A stretch of 64,000 nucleotides of DNA from Thermoanaerobaculia bacterium (GCA_044226625.1 JBGAGQ010000001.1:223213-287212), one strand, 5' to 3'. Shown: positions 37,853-47,903, counted from the stretch's first letter. Notes: generated by a model not told the origin, from the sequence alone. Numbers and translations are program-made.

Positions 37853-39745
37853 CTACTTCGCGCTCTTCGCCACCTGGACGGGAGCGCCGCCGGACGGTTT
37901 CTGGCCGTAGTAGTCGAGCAGCCCTTGGACGATCGCGGCGGCGATCTCTTCGCGGTAGGCTCGGGTCTGGATCAGGTTGCGGTCGAGCTCGTTGCCGAGG
38001 TTGCAGACCTCGAGCAGGAGTTTCGCAGGGATCGCGTTGTGCCGGAGCACCGCGGGGACCCATTCGCGCTGATCGCGGATGACCTTTTCGCGCACGGGCT
38101 TGAAGGGGTGGACCGGCAGGTTACGGGCGGCGATCGCGCCGATGACCTTTTCGGCGAGCTGGCGCGAGAGGCCTTCGGACATCGTGCGCCGGTCGCGCGG
38201 GAGGCTCACGTAGGGACTCTCCTGGACCTCGCGGTACATGGCGTAGGCGGCCCCCGACTTGCCGTAGGAGTCCTCGCCGAGGGAGGCCGCCGGGATGTAG
38301 GCCATCGCGCCGCGCAGCGAGGGGTGGAGCGAGTCGGCGTGGATGGAAAGGAAGACCACCTTGTCCTCGTCGTTGCCCTTGGCCGGCGTCGAGGAGGCCT
38401 CCTTCGCCGACGGGCTCGTCGCCTGACGGAAGATGCTGTTCGCGAGATACCAGCGGAGGTTCACGCCGAGAACCGGATCGACGATCGGATAGGTGGGATT
38501 GGTCAACACCGCGTGGCCGCGCGAGAACGGCAGCACGTCCGCCTCTTGCACCTTGAAGGCCGCGCCGTCCCGGGTGGTGAGCACTACGCGCGCCGCCGTC
38601 CGGGTTTCGAGACGCCGCTTCGCGCGCATCGCGATGTCATAGACGTACAGGCTCTCCCACACGCCGCCCATCGAGGCGCCGGCATCCTTGCCGCCGTGGC
38701 CGGGATCGAGGATCACCGTGATCCCTTCGAGCCCCTGCGCGAGGATCGGGTTGGTGAACTTCTCGCTCTCCGCGACCTCGGCCTCGTAGGCCAGACGGCG
38801 CGGATCGCCGGCGGGCAGAAACTCCGGCTGCAACAGATCGAGAGGGATCTTCACCCGATAGCCCACGGGGATGTCCGTGACGTCCGGGATGCCGTTGCGC
38901 TTGGCCAACTCGCCGGCGAGGGCGTTCACGTCCTGCGCGTGGATGCGGCCGGTGAAGCGGACGACCACGCCGGAATAGAGCGCCTCGCCCGGGCGCAGCC
39001 GGTACATCGCGTAGTCGCCGAGGGCGTCCTTGCCGTATTCGAGCCGGAAAGTGCCGTCCCCCTTGGGCAGCGCCGAGCGGAACGGCTCGAGCAACAGCTC
39101 GGCGGGGATCGCCACCGTCGTCCCGCGGGCGAGCTCGTCGTCGGGCAGCTCGTTGAGCTCGCGGATCGCGCGGAAGTTCTCCCCCTTGCCGGTAAACCAG
39201 GTGGCGACGTGCCAGAGGCTCTCCCGGCCGAGCGGCCCGGCGCCGCGCACCTTGTGCAGCCAGCTCTCGGGCTCGACGGTGTCTTCGGGGAACAGGGCGC
39301 GGAGCGCGCGAAGGCGCATCTCCGGCGAGAGCAGATCCAGGCCCACCCGGTAGCGCGTGCCGGAGAGCAGCTCGCGCCGCCCCCCGTTCGAATCGGCGAT
39401 CCGGTCCGCGGCGAGCGGGTCGCCGCACAACCGGCGCGCGAAGGCGAGCAGCCCCTCGCCGGATTTTGGGACCGCCTCGACCTCGATGCTCAGGTCCTCG
39501 GCCAAGCGGACGAACGCTCCGTCTGGAAGCGGCTCGCGTTGCGTCCGGGCGATCGGTAGCGCCGGCGTCCTCTTTGCGCCGGATAGCACGATCTTCGGCC
39601 GCTCCGTCGCCGGCCGGGCGCTGCCTTTCGGGGTGGGTGGAGTGCCCGCGGACACGAGGTGCGCGGGAGCGTCGAGCACCAGGATGGCGAGCAGCGCGGA
39701 GATCACCCGACGCCGGAGTCGAGCCCTGGAGCGCGGGGACCTCAC
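37853..39745 (-). CDS. N-acetylmuramoyl-L-alanine amidase (Amidase_3) with three LysM-like repeats
   Basis: LDPGHGG, SIHAD, LLEVCNL; LysM-like GESLW..A...N.L...G..V.IP repeats; signal anchor. Confidence 0.9.
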   Translation of the reverse strand: MRSPRSRARLRRRVISALLAILVLDAPAHLVSAGTPPTPKGSARPATERPKIVLSGAKRTPALPIARTQREPLPDGAFVRLAEDLSIEVEAVPKSGEGLLAFARRLCGDPLAADRIADSNGGRRELLSGTRYRVGLDLLSPEMRLRALRALFPEDTVEPESWLHKVRGAGPLGRESLWHVATWFTGKGENFRAIRELNELPDDELARGTTVAIPAELLLEPFRSALPKGDGTFRLEYGKDALGDYAMYRLRPGEALYSGVVVRFTGRIHAQDVNALAGELAKRNGIPDVTDIPVGYRVKIPLDLLQPEFLPAGDPRRLAYEAEVAESEKFTNPILAQGLEGITVILDPGHGGKDAGASMGGVWESLYVYDIAMRAKRRLETRTAARVVLTTRDGAAFKVQEADVLPFSRGHAVLTNPTYPIVDPVLGVNLRWYLANSIFRQATSPSAKEASSTPAKGNDEDKVVFLSIHADSLHPSLRGAMAYIPAASLGEDSYGKSGAAYAMYREVQESPYVSLPRDRRTMSEGLSRQLAEKVIGAIAARNLPVHPFKPVREKVIRDQREWVPAVLRHNAIPAKLLLEVCNLGNELDRNLIQTRAYREEIAAAIVQGLLDYYGQKPSGGAPVQVAKSAK

Positions 39746-41259
39746 GGCGCGGCGGCGCCCTCGGAAGAAAGCGGGGCGCTTTGGTACACGGGGGCGACCC
39801 GCCAGGAGCCGGTCTCCTCGAACGCGCGGCCCGCGCGCAGGAGCTCGGCTTCGGAGAACGGCCGACCGGTGAGCTGGAGCGACAGCGGCAGCCCCTCGGC
39901 GTCGAGCCCCGCCGGCAGCGCGAGCGCGGGGAGCCCGACGAGGCTCGCCGGGGTCGTGTAGACGTCGGACAGGTACATCGAGAGCGGATCGGCGGAACGT
40001 TCGCCGATCCGGAACGCGCCGGTCGGGCTCGTGGGCGAGGCGATCAGATCGCAGGAGCCGAACGCCCGGTCGAGCTCCCGCCGCAGCGTTTCGAGCACCG
40101 CCCGGGCGCGACCGTAGTAGGCGTGGTAATAGCCGGACGACAGCGCGAACGTGCCGAGCATGATCCGGCGCTTGACCTCGGCCCCGAACCCTTCGCTACG
40201 ACTCCGGACGTAAGTCTCCGCCAGGGTTTCGGCGTCCTCGGCGCGCCGGCCGTAGCGGACGCCGTCGAAGCGCGCGAGGTTCGCGCTCGCCTCCGACGTG
40301 GCGATGACGTAGTAGAGGGCGATCGCCGCCTCGACGCTCGGCACCGAGACCTCGACGATCTCCGCCCCCGCGCGAGCCAAGCGCTCGAGCGACTCCTGCC
40401 AGCAGCGGGCGTTCGCGGGCGCGAGACCGGAGGCGCCCACTTCTTTCAGAGAGCCGACCTTCAAGCCGCGGATTCCGTCCTCCAGACCGGCGAGCGGATC
40501 CTCGACCGGACGCTCCACGCAGGTCGCGTCGCGCTCGTCGAAGCCGGCGATCGCCGCGTAGCCGAGCGCCGCGTCGCGCACGCTCCGCGCGAGCGGGCCG
40601 ATCTGATCGGTCGAGGAGGCGAAGGCGACCAGACCGTAGCGCGACACCCGGCCGTACGTGGGCTTCAAGCCGACGATGCCCGAGAGGGCCGCGGGCTGGC
40701 GGATCGAGCCTCCCGTGTCCGAGCCGTAGGCCAGCGGCGCGCTGCCGGCGGCGACCGCCGCGGCCGGTCCGCCGCTCGAGCCGCCGGGGACGCGCGAGAG
40801 GTCCCAGGGATTCCGTGTCGGGCCGTAGGCCGAGTTCTCGCACGAGGAGCCCATCGCGAACTCGTCCATGTTCGCGCGGCCGATCGGGATCGCGTCCGCG
40901 GCGAGCAGCCGTTCGACGGCGGTCGCGGAATACGGCGCCACGTACCCTTCGAGGATCTTCGAGGCGCAGCCGACGGCGTGCCCCTCGAAGCTCAGGTTGT
41001 CTTTGAGGGCGATCGGAACGCCGGCGAGCGGCCCGACCGCCTCGCCGGCCGCGATCCGCTCGTCGATCCGGGCGGCGCGCTCGCGCGCCTCGTCGGCCCA
41101 GATCTCGAGGAACGCCTGGACGTCCGGATCGACCGCTGCGGCCCGGTCGAGCGCGGCAGCTACCACCTCGCCCGCCGAGAGGTCGCCCGCGGCGACGTGG
41201 CGCGCGATCTCCTCGACCGACAGGGCGAAGAGCGGATCGGTCTCGCTCGGACCGGTCAC
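39742..41259 (-). CDS. gatA: Glutamyl/aspartyl-tRNA amidotransferase subunit A
   Basis: PIALKDN, DEFAMGSS, GGSSGG, GSDTGGSIRQP, EVKRRIMLGT; GTG start overlaps the gatC stop. Confidence 0.97.
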   Translation of the reverse strand: MTGPSETDPLFALSVEEIARHVAAGDLSAGEVVAAALDRAAAVDPDVQAFLEIWADEARERAARIDERIAAGEAVGPLAGVPIALKDNLSFEGHAVGCASKILEGYVAPYSATAVERLLAADAIPIGRANMDEFAMGSSCENSAYGPTRNPWDLSRVPGGSSGGPAAAVAAGSAPLAYGSDTGGSIRQPAALSGIVGLKPTYGRVSRYGLVAFASSTDQIGPLARSVRDAALGYAAIAGFDERDATCVERPVEDPLAGLEDGIRGLKVGSLKEVGASGLAPANARCWQESLERLARAGAEIVEVSVPSVEAAIALYYVIATSEASANLARFDGVRYGRRAEDAETLAETYVRSRSEGFGAEVKRRIMLGTFALSSGYYHAYYGRARAVLETLRRELDRAFGSCDLIASPTSPTGAFRIGERSADPLSMYLSDVYTTPASLVGLPALALPAGLDAEGLPLSLQLTGRPFSEAELLRAGRAFEETGSWRVAPVYQSAPLSSEGAAAP

Positions 41260-41549
41260 GACTCCCCCGCCTCCGACGCCTTGACCTCGGCGACGACCAG
41301 GAAGCCGTCTCGTTCTTCCGGAGCGTTCGCGACGAACCGCTCGTGCGGCAGGCCCGGGACGATCACGTCCTCCGCCTCCCGGAGGCCCGGGGCGTCGGCC
41401 GGCGCTTCGCTGCCGGTGAAAGACTGGAGCTGATCGACGTAGTCCACGATGCGGCCGAGCTGTGCGGCGAAGAGCTCCTCCTCCGCCGGATCGAAGCGCA
41501 GGCGGGCAAGAGAGGCGATCTTCCTGACTTCTTCGATAGTTAGAGCCAT
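41256..41549 (-). CDS. gatC: Amidotransferase subunit C
   Basis: MALTIEEVRKIASLARL...NAPE..DGF. Confidence 0.93.
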   Translation of the reverse strand: MALTIEEVRKIASLARLRFDPAEEELFAAQLGRIVDYVDQLQSFTGSEAPADAPGLREAEDVIVPGLPHERFVANAPEERDGFLVVAEVKASEAGES

Positions 41550-41680
41550 GGCCTTCGAGTGAAATCTTAGACCGTCGAACCCCTCCTGACAAGGAAGAAC
41601 GGCAGTAAAGCCGAAGGAAATGCACCACCCGGTCGATTTTTCGTCCCACCGCCCCCACGGTTGAGGCATGATCCGCGCCT

Positions 41681-42940
41681 ATGCCGCACAGCCCGAAGTC
41701 CTCCGCGGCGGCCACCGCCTTGGCGGGCCTTCCGGTCGTCGTTCGCCTCGCCGAGGCGGCAGGCTCGACACCCTGCCATCTCGTCGGCGGAGCGCTGCGC
41801 GACGCCGCGTTGGGACTCGAGGTCCACGACTTCGACGCCGTCGTCGACGGGCGGGGCGAGGAGATCGCGCGCCGCCTCGCCCAGAGCCTCCCCGCGAGGT
41901 TCGTGCCGCTGGGCGGCAAGGCGTTTCCCGCGTTCCGGCTCGTGGCGGACGACTTCGAGCTCGACCTCTGGGACCGCTCCGGCATGACGCTCGACGAAGA
42001 CCTCGCGCGGCGCGACCTGACGATCAACGCCATGGCGCTCGACCTCGCGACGCGGGAGACCGTCGATCCCTTCGGCGGCTTTATAGACCTCGACCGCCGC
42101 CTGCTGCGCGCGGTGACGCCGGGGAGCTTTTCCGGCGATCCCCTGCGCCTGCTCCGCCTCGCGCGCCTCGCCGTTCAGCTCCCCGGCTTCCAGCCGGTCC
42201 ACGAGACGTTGCTGCTCGCCCGGGCGAGCGCGCACGCCCTGCCCACGGTCGCCGGCGAGCGCATCCGCGACGAGCTGGCGCGCATCGTCGGCTCGCCGCG
42301 CGCCGCCGTGGGGGTGAAGATCCTCGGCGAGATCGGCGTCTACCCCGGCCTATGGACCTACCGCCTCGGCGAGATTGCGCCCACGGCGCAGGCGATCGCC
42401 CGCCTGGAAGCGTTCGAGCCGCTCACACGCGAGGCCTGGGGCCGTGGAACGGAAGAGGGCGCCTGGGCGGCCGGGCGCTGGGCGCTGCTGTTCGCCGAGC
42501 TTCGCAACCAAGGGGGCAAAGCCGAAATCGCGCTCGCGCGATTTGCCGACCGCGGGTATCTGTCGAAAGCCGACGCGCAAACGGTCGGCTATCTCCTTGC
42601 CCTCTCCTCTCCTCCGCCGTCCGAGCCCGAGCGCCGGCTTTTCCTCCACCGCCTCGGCCCCGCTCTCTGGCCCGCGGCGCTCGCCTACCTTGGGGCGCTC
42701 GGCGCGGCGAGCCTCGACGAGCTGCGCGCCCTCGCCCGCCTCGCGGCCGACGACGGCGCGGCGATCTTCGATCCGCCGAAGCTGCTTTCGAGCGAAGCCG
42801 TTCGAGCGGCCGCGGGCGTCGCCGCGGGCCCCGCCCTCGGTCGGCTGCTCGCGGAGCTCAAGAAGGCGCAGGTGCGGGGCGAGGTGGCCACCCCGGCGGA
42901 GGCCGAGCGGTGGGTGCGCGCGGCAGCGTTGCCGCAGTAG
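41681..42940 (+). CDS. CCA-adding/poly(A) polymerase family nucleotidyltransferase
   Basis: LVGGALRD, DFD, EDLARRDLTINAMA, DPLRLLR, ERIRDEL. Confidence 0.9.
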   Translation: MPHSPKSSAAATALAGLPVVVRLAEAAGSTPCHLVGGALRDAALGLEVHDFDAVVDGRGEEIARRLAQSLPARFVPLGGKAFPAFRLVADDFELDLWDRSGMTLDEDLARRDLTINAMALDLATRETVDPFGGFIDLDRRLLRAVTPGSFSGDPLRLLRLARLAVQLPGFQPVHETLLLARASAHALPTVAGERIRDELARIVGSPRAAVGVKILGEIGVYPGLWTYRLGEIAPTAQAIARLEAFEPLTREAWGRGTEEGAWAAGRWALLFAELRNQGGKAEIALARFADRGYLSKADAQTVGYLLALSSPPPSEPERRLFLHRLGPALWPAALAYLGALGAASLDELRALARLAADDGAAIFDPPKLLSSEAVRAAAGVAAGPALGRLLAELKKAQVRGEVATPAEAERWVRAAALPQ

Positions 42941-43074
42941 AACCGCGCGAGGTCCTGACGTAGAGGGCAACCGCTGAGGCAACGGATCGGGGGCGAAGGT
43001 ACGACGCGCCACCCCCGCGAGAATCGTCGAGCTCGGGTCCTACAAGTCCAGCGGAACGACGGCGGGAGAACTAC

Positions 43075-44478
43075 CTACCTTGCAGACCCCATCAGCTTCT
43101 GGTTCAGCTCCTTGATCCGCTCCATCAGCTTGTCGATCTTCTCCTGGGCTTCCTGGCGGAGGCGGCCGTAGTCTCCCTTCAAGCGCTCCTGCTCCTTGAC
43201 CGCCTCGGCGAAGCGTAGGCGTCCTTCTTCGAGCAGGTCGTCTCGTTGGCGGACCACATTGCGGAGATCGTCGATCTCCTCGTCTTTCTCCGCCAGCTTC
43301 ATCTTGGTCTTTTCTTCCTGCTCCTCGTACAGCTTGCGGAACTGTTGCAGCTCCAAGATTTCGGCGAAATCGGACGTGGTCGGGCTCATCTCACCTTCCC
43401 TCACTTCGATGTTGGGGAACATCTTGCGCATCTTGAGCTGCAAGTCTTCCGGATCGGACGATTCGCGCATCGCTTCCTGGTACGAGATCGTGCCGTGGAC
43501 GAGCAGCGCGAGGAGCGACTGGTTCATCGACTGCATCCGGTAATAGCCGACGGAGGATTCGACCTCTTCGAGCAGGTCGCTGGTCTCCCCCTTCTCGATC
43601 ATCTTCGAGATCTTGGGCGACGACCGCATGATCTCGAGCGCCGCCACCAGCCCGTTGCCGTCCTGGCGCTCGACCAGCTTCATCGAGACGACCCCCTTGA
43701 GCACTTGAGCGAGCTGCAAGCGGACCTGCGCCTGCTGGTCCGGGGGGAAGGTGTCGAGGATGCGGTCGACCGTCTGGGTCGCGCTGTTGGTGTGGAGGGT
43801 CGAGAAGACCAGGTGCCCCGTTTCGGCGGCGGAGATGACGGTCGAGACCGTCTCGGGGTCGCGCATCTCGCCGACCATGATCACGTCGGGGTCCTGGCGC
43901 ATGGCGTTGCGCAGCGCCTCTTTGAACCCGATCGTGTCGGTCCCCACCTCGCGCTGCGAGATCGTGGCGACGTCGTCGGTGAACAGGAACTCCATCGGAT
44001 CTTCGATCGTGATCACGTGCGCCGGCCGGCGCCCGGTGATGTGCTTGATCAGCGCGGCGAGCGTGGTCGACTTGCCCGAGCCGGTCGGCCCGGTGACGAG
44101 CACGAGGCCCATCGGCATGTCGGTGAAGTCGAGAAGGACCTTCGGCAGCTCGAGGTCCTGGATGTTGCGGATCTGGAACGGCACGCGCCGGAACGCGGCG
44201 GCGTAGGTGCCGCGCTGCATGTAGATGTTGCCGCGGAAGCGGGCGAGTCCGTGGACGCCGTACCCCAGGTCGACCGACATGCTGGCGTCGAGCTTCGCCT
44301 TCTGGGTCGGGTTCAGGATCGAGAGCACCATCTCGTTGATCTCGTCCGGCCGCAGCGGTTGCATGTCGAGCGCCATCAGGCGCCCGGCGATGCGCAGGAG
44401 AGGCGGCCGGGTCGGCTTCAAATGCAGATCGGAGGCCTTCCGATCGGTCATGATGCGCAGCAGCTTGTCGAGATCCAT
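43075..44478 (-). CDS. pilT: PilT/PilU family type IV pilus ATPase with C-terminal coiled coil
   Basis: ASDLHL, GPTGSGKSTT, TIEDPME, RQDPDVIMVGEMRD, AETGHLVFSTLHT. Confidence 0.9.
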   Translation of the reverse strand: MDLDKLLRIMTDRKASDLHLKPTRPPLLRIAGRLMALDMQPLRPDEINEMVLSILNPTQKAKLDASMSVDLGYGVHGLARFRGNIYMQRGTYAAAFRRVPFQIRNIQDLELPKVLLDFTDMPMGLVLVTGPTGSGKSTTLAALIKHITGRRPAHVITIEDPMEFLFTDDVATISQREVGTDTIGFKEALRNAMRQDPDVIMVGEMRDPETVSTVISAAETGHLVFSTLHTNSATQTVDRILDTFPPDQQAQVRLQLAQVLKGVVSMKLVERQDGNGLVAALEIMRSSPKISKMIEKGETSDLLEEVESSVGYYRMQSMNQSLLALLVHGTISYQEAMRESSDPEDLQLKMRKMFPNIEVREGEMSPTTSDFAEILELQQFRKLYEEQEEKTKMKLAEKDEEIDDLRNVVRQRDDLLEEGRLRFAEAVKEQERLKGDYGRLRQEAQEKIDKLMERIKELNQKLMGSAR

Positions 44479-44678
44479 AGTGTTCCGTGCCGGGGTGTCT
44501 GGGAAAGCGGCTCATTGTACACGGAGGAACGGCCCGAACCGCCGGCGGGCCGCCCGGCCGGCCCGACAAACGACGGCGGAGATCTGTGGTGGCTTCCCCG
44601 CGGACTGTGACGTCGTCTACGGACCTGCCGCACAGACAAGTGGCTTCGCGCCGTATCGGCTTCATGCGGCCGCGGATC

Positions 44679-45058
44679 GCGGCTCTCCGTCCCGGGAAGG
44701 AAACGGCCGCCTCGGGAAGCGAACCGCGCTCCCGGCAAGCGAACTGCAGTCCCAGAACGGGAATTGCCGTCCCGGGATGGGAACTTTCGTCCCAGGACGG
44801 GAATTTCCGTCCCAAGATGGGAACTTCCGTCCCAGCACGGGAACTGCCGTCCCAGGATGGGAACTTCCGTCCCAGGACGGGAACTGCTGTCCCAGGATAG
44901 GAACTTCTGTCCCGAAACGGGAACATCCGTCCCAGGACGGGAATTCACGTCCCAGCAAGGGAGTTGCGGTCGCGGGAAGGGAACTGTGGTCTCGGAAATC
45001 CGCGCGCGGCTGCCGCGGGGGGAATGCCTCCTCGGAACGGGAGATTCCGTGGCGGAAC
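44679..45058. repeat. 20-bp tandem array C (consensus GGGAACTTCCGTCCCAGGAC), ~10 well-conserved units plus degenerate flanking units
   Basis: Exactly three units per 60-nt line; conserved units start at 44759, 44779 ... 44939, and the phase continues degenerately both ways. Confidence 0.95.
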
Positions 45059-45161
45059 GGCGCTTTCGGCGGCGGCCGACGGACAGCGGCCGTTCGGACG
45101 CCGAAAGGAGCGCGTGGCGCGGCCGGCGGCACTCCACAGCGGCTCGATCGAGGCGAAAATC

Positions 45162-45695
45162 CTACTCCCCGAAATCCAACCGCCCCGGCAGGGCCCCTTC
45201 CAGCTCCAACAGCCGCTGTTTCATCGGCAGCCCTCCGGCGTAGCCGGTGAGAGAGCCGTTCGCGCCGATCACGCGATGGCAGGGGATCACGACGCCGATG
45301 GGGTTGTCGTGGTTCGCCATGCCGACCGCGCGGGCGCCTCCGGGGAGGCCGAGGGTGCGGGCGATCTCGCCGTAGCTCTTGGTCGCTCCGAACGGGATGC
45401 GCAGAAGCTCGTTCCAGACCGAGCGCTGGAAGTCCGTGCCCGTTCCGGAGGTGAAGACGCCGAGCGGCAGGTCGAACGTGCGGCGGGTGCCGGCGAGGTA
45501 CTCGGCGAGCTGTTTGCGGGTTTCGGGGAAGGGCGCGGCGTCTGGGGCGTCTTCGGCGTCGGCGAAGCGGCGGGCGCGCGAGGTTTCGCAGTCGGATTTC
45601 GAGGTCCGGTGCTCCAGGCAGATCAGCTCGCCATCGCGGGCGACCGCGAGCGCCCAGCCGAGAGCGTCTTCGAAGATCGCGTACGCGGTCGGCAT
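45162..45695 (-). CDS. ogt: Methylated-DNA-[protein]-cysteine S-methyltransferase
   Basis: GTDFQRSVW, IPFG..SYGEIA, RAVG, IPCHRV, K..LL.LE. Confidence 0.95.
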   Translation of the reverse strand: MPTAYAIFEDALGWALAVARDGELICLEHRTSKSDCETSRARRFADAEDAPDAAPFPETRKQLAEYLAGTRRTFDLPLGVFTSGTGTDFQRSVWNELLRIPFGATKSYGEIARTLGLPGGARAVGMANHDNPIGVVIPCHRVIGANGSLTGYAGGLPMKQRLLELEGALPGRLDFGE

Positions 45696-45730
45696 GGGAG
45701 GCTCCCTTCGCCGGATCTTGCCCGACTAAA

Positions 45731-46372
45731 TCAGAAGCGACGCATCAGGCCGACCACGATGCCGCGGACGCGGACGTCCGAAGCCGGCACGCGGATCGGC
45801 TGCATGGTCGGGTGGGCCGGCTGGAGACGGACATAATCCCCCTCCGGATAGAAGCGCTTGAGCGTCGCCTCGTCGTGGATCAGGGCGACCACCATCTCCC
45901 CGGGCTCGGCCCGCTCGCGGCGCTGGACGACGACGAAGTCGCCGTCGTGGATCCCCTCGTCGATCATCGACTCGCCGACCACCCGCAGAACGTAGTGGTC
46001 GTTCGGACGGGCGCTGATCAGGAAGCTCGGCACGCCCATCTTGTCGGCCTTGCGGTCGTCTTCCACCGCTTCGAGCGGCCGGCCGGCCGCGATGTTGCCG
46101 AAGAAGGAAACCATCGGCTCCGGCTGGCCGAAATCGGTGCCCGGGATCGCCCGGATCAGCTCGATGCCGCGCTTCTGGTTCCAGTCGCGGTGGAGGAAGC
46201 CCTTCTGCTGGAGCAGCTTCAGGTGCTTGTAGACGGTCCCGTACGACCGGTAGCCGAAGCGCTCGCAGATCTCGCGATGGGTCGGCGCGATCCCCTGGCG
46301 GCCCTGGAATTCCTGGATGAAGTCGAGGATCTTCTTCTGGTTCTCGGTGAGATACGCCGGGCTCGTCGTCAT
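45731..46372 (-). CDS. lexA: SOS repressor LexA
   Basis: LTENQKKIL, PTHREI, IAAG cleavage site, GESM, TLKR. Confidence 0.95.
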   Translation of the reverse strand: MTTSPAYLTENQKKILDFIQEFQGRQGIAPTHREICERFGYRSYGTVYKHLKLLQQKGFLHRDWNQKRGIELIRAIPGTDFGQPEPMVSFFGNIAAGRPLEAVEDDRKADKMGVPSFLISARPNDHYVLRVVGESMIDEGIHDGDFVVVQRRERAEPGEMVVALIHDEATLKRFYPEGDYVRLQPAHPTMQPIRVPASDVRVRGIVVGLMRRF

Positions 46373-46378
46373 GCGGCG

Positions 46379-46408
46379 ACAGTAGCGCAAACGAGGCGGA
46401 AGGTGCAA
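46379..46408 (-). promoter_or_regulatory. Putative sigma-70 promoter for leaderless lexA mRNA
   Basis: TTGCAC-N18-TACTGT-N6-ATG; no SD. Confidence 0.5.
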
Positions 46409-46622
46409 GCCCCGCTCGCTGTCCTCTCGCCGCTCAGGTGGCCGAGTCCGAGAGGGCGGAGGGGGTCTCGGGGATTCGGATCCGCTTTCGGGAGAGGTGT
46501 ATAGATCGCTTTGCAGCTTCCTTGACACCTCTCCGAGCCCGCCCCTATGCTCCAGAGCCACTACCTCGAATCCGGGGCGCACCGCTTTACGGCGATCGGC
46601 CGTCTCGCTCCGAACGGATGCC

Positions 46623-47903
46623 ATGACCGCCACGCCAGAGATTTCCTTCGAACGCCACGCTCTGCCCAACGGCCTCAAGGTCGTGATCCACCCGGACCGG
46701 TCGCTGCCGCTGGTCACGGTGAATCTCTGGTATCACGTGGGCTCGAAGAACGAGCGCCCCGGCCGCACCGGATTCGCCCATCTGTTCGAGCACATGCTGT
46801 TCCAAGGGAGCGCCCACGTGCCGACGAACGGGCATTTCCGCTACGTGCAACAGGTGGGGGGCGTCGCGAACGGCTCGACGTCGCACGACCGGACCAACTA
46901 TTACGAAACGCTGCCGTCCGCCCATCTCGACCTCGGCCTCTGGCTCGAGGCGGACCGGATGGGGTTCCTCCTTCCCGCGCTCACCCAGGAGAACCTGGAC
47001 AACCAGCGCGACGTGGTGATCAACGAGCGGCGCCAGCGGATCGAGAACCAGCCGTACGGCCAAGCGAGCGAGCGGCTTTACGGCCTGCTCTATCCGGAAG
47101 GGCATCCCTATCGCTGGCCGGTGATCGGCACGTTAGAGGACATCTCCGCCGCGACGATCGACGACGTGCGCGCGTTCTTTCGTACCTATTACGCCCCGAA
47201 CAACGCGGTGCTCACGATCGCCGGGGACGTCGAGCCGGACGACGCGCTCGAACGGGCGGCCCACTGGTTCGGCGAGATCCCGTGCGGCGAGGAGATCCCT
47301 CCGGTGGTCCTGCCAGCCGAGGGCGCGCCCACCGGGGAGCGGCGTGAAGTGTTCGCCGACGCCGTCTTGATGCCGCGGGTCTACGTCGCGTTCGCGACCG
47401 CGCCCTACGGCAGCCGGGAGTGGTACGTGGCCGACCTGCTCTCCTCCTATCTGTCGTCCGGCAAATCGAGCCTGCTCTACAGCGACCTGATCTACGACCT
47501 GCAGATCGCCCAGGAGACGGGGTCGTGGATCCACCTCGGCGAGGCGGCCGGCACGTTCACCTTGGTCGCGACCGCGCGCCCCGGCGTCGCCCCCGCGGAG
47601 ATCGAGACGCGGCTCGTCGGGCACCTGGAGCGGATCGCGGTGGGCGGAGTCGACCTCGAAGCGCTCGAGCGCGCGCGGAAGAAGACGCTCACCGATTACT
47701 TCGGAAACCTGCAGCGGCTCGACATGCGCGCCGACCTGCTCGCCCGGTTCACCACGTTTTTCGACGATCCGGGCGGATTCGAGCGCGAGCTCGAGGCCTA
47801 TCGCACGATCTCGGCCGCCGAGATCTCCCGGTTCGTCGCCGAGCGCTGCCCTGCCGAACGGCGCGCGGTCCTCTGGATCGTTCCCAAGGACGCCACCGCG
47901 TGA
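46623..47903 (+). CDS. M16 (pitrilysin) peptidase, catalytic subunit
   Basis: VGSKNE..G.TGFAHLFEHMLF (HxxEH), NGST..DRTNY, YYAPNNA. Confidence 0.95.
   Translation: MTATPEISFERHALPNGLKVVIHPDRSLPLVTVNLWYHVGSKNERPGRTGFAHLFEHMLFQGSAHVPTNGHFRYVQQVGGVANGSTSHDRTNYYETLPSAHLDLGLWLEADRMGFLLPALTQENLDNQRDVVINERRQRIENQPYGQASERLYGLLYPEGHPYRWPVIGTLEDISAATIDDVRAFFRTYYAPNNAVLTIAGDVEPDDALERAAHWFGEIPCGEEIPPVVLPAEGAPTGERREVFADAVLMPRVYVAFATAPYGSREWYVADLLSSYLSSGKSSLLYSDLIYDLQIAQETGSWIHLGEAAGTFTLVATARPGVAPAEIETRLVGHLERIAVGGVDLEALERARKKTLTDYFGNLQRLDMRADLLARFTTFFDDPGGFERELEAYRTISAAEISRFVAERCPAERRAVLWIVPKDATA

Noticed and set aside
39742-42033. 763-aa GatA, and similar long N-extensions (49429 dynamin, 28652 RHS, 46717 lexA, 57914 VOC)
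   Set aside because: ORF-caller artefacts overlapping neighbouring real genes; better downstream starts exist
44759-44998. Array C as tandem LexA boxes
   Set aside because: GAAC recurs every 20 bp, not as GAAC-N7-GAAC or GAAC-N4-GTTC, and the array lies downstream of lexA-ogt
44225-45250. ORFs across array C
   Set aside because: The 20-bp period cycles through frames; these ORFs overlap pilT/ogt and are not protein-like
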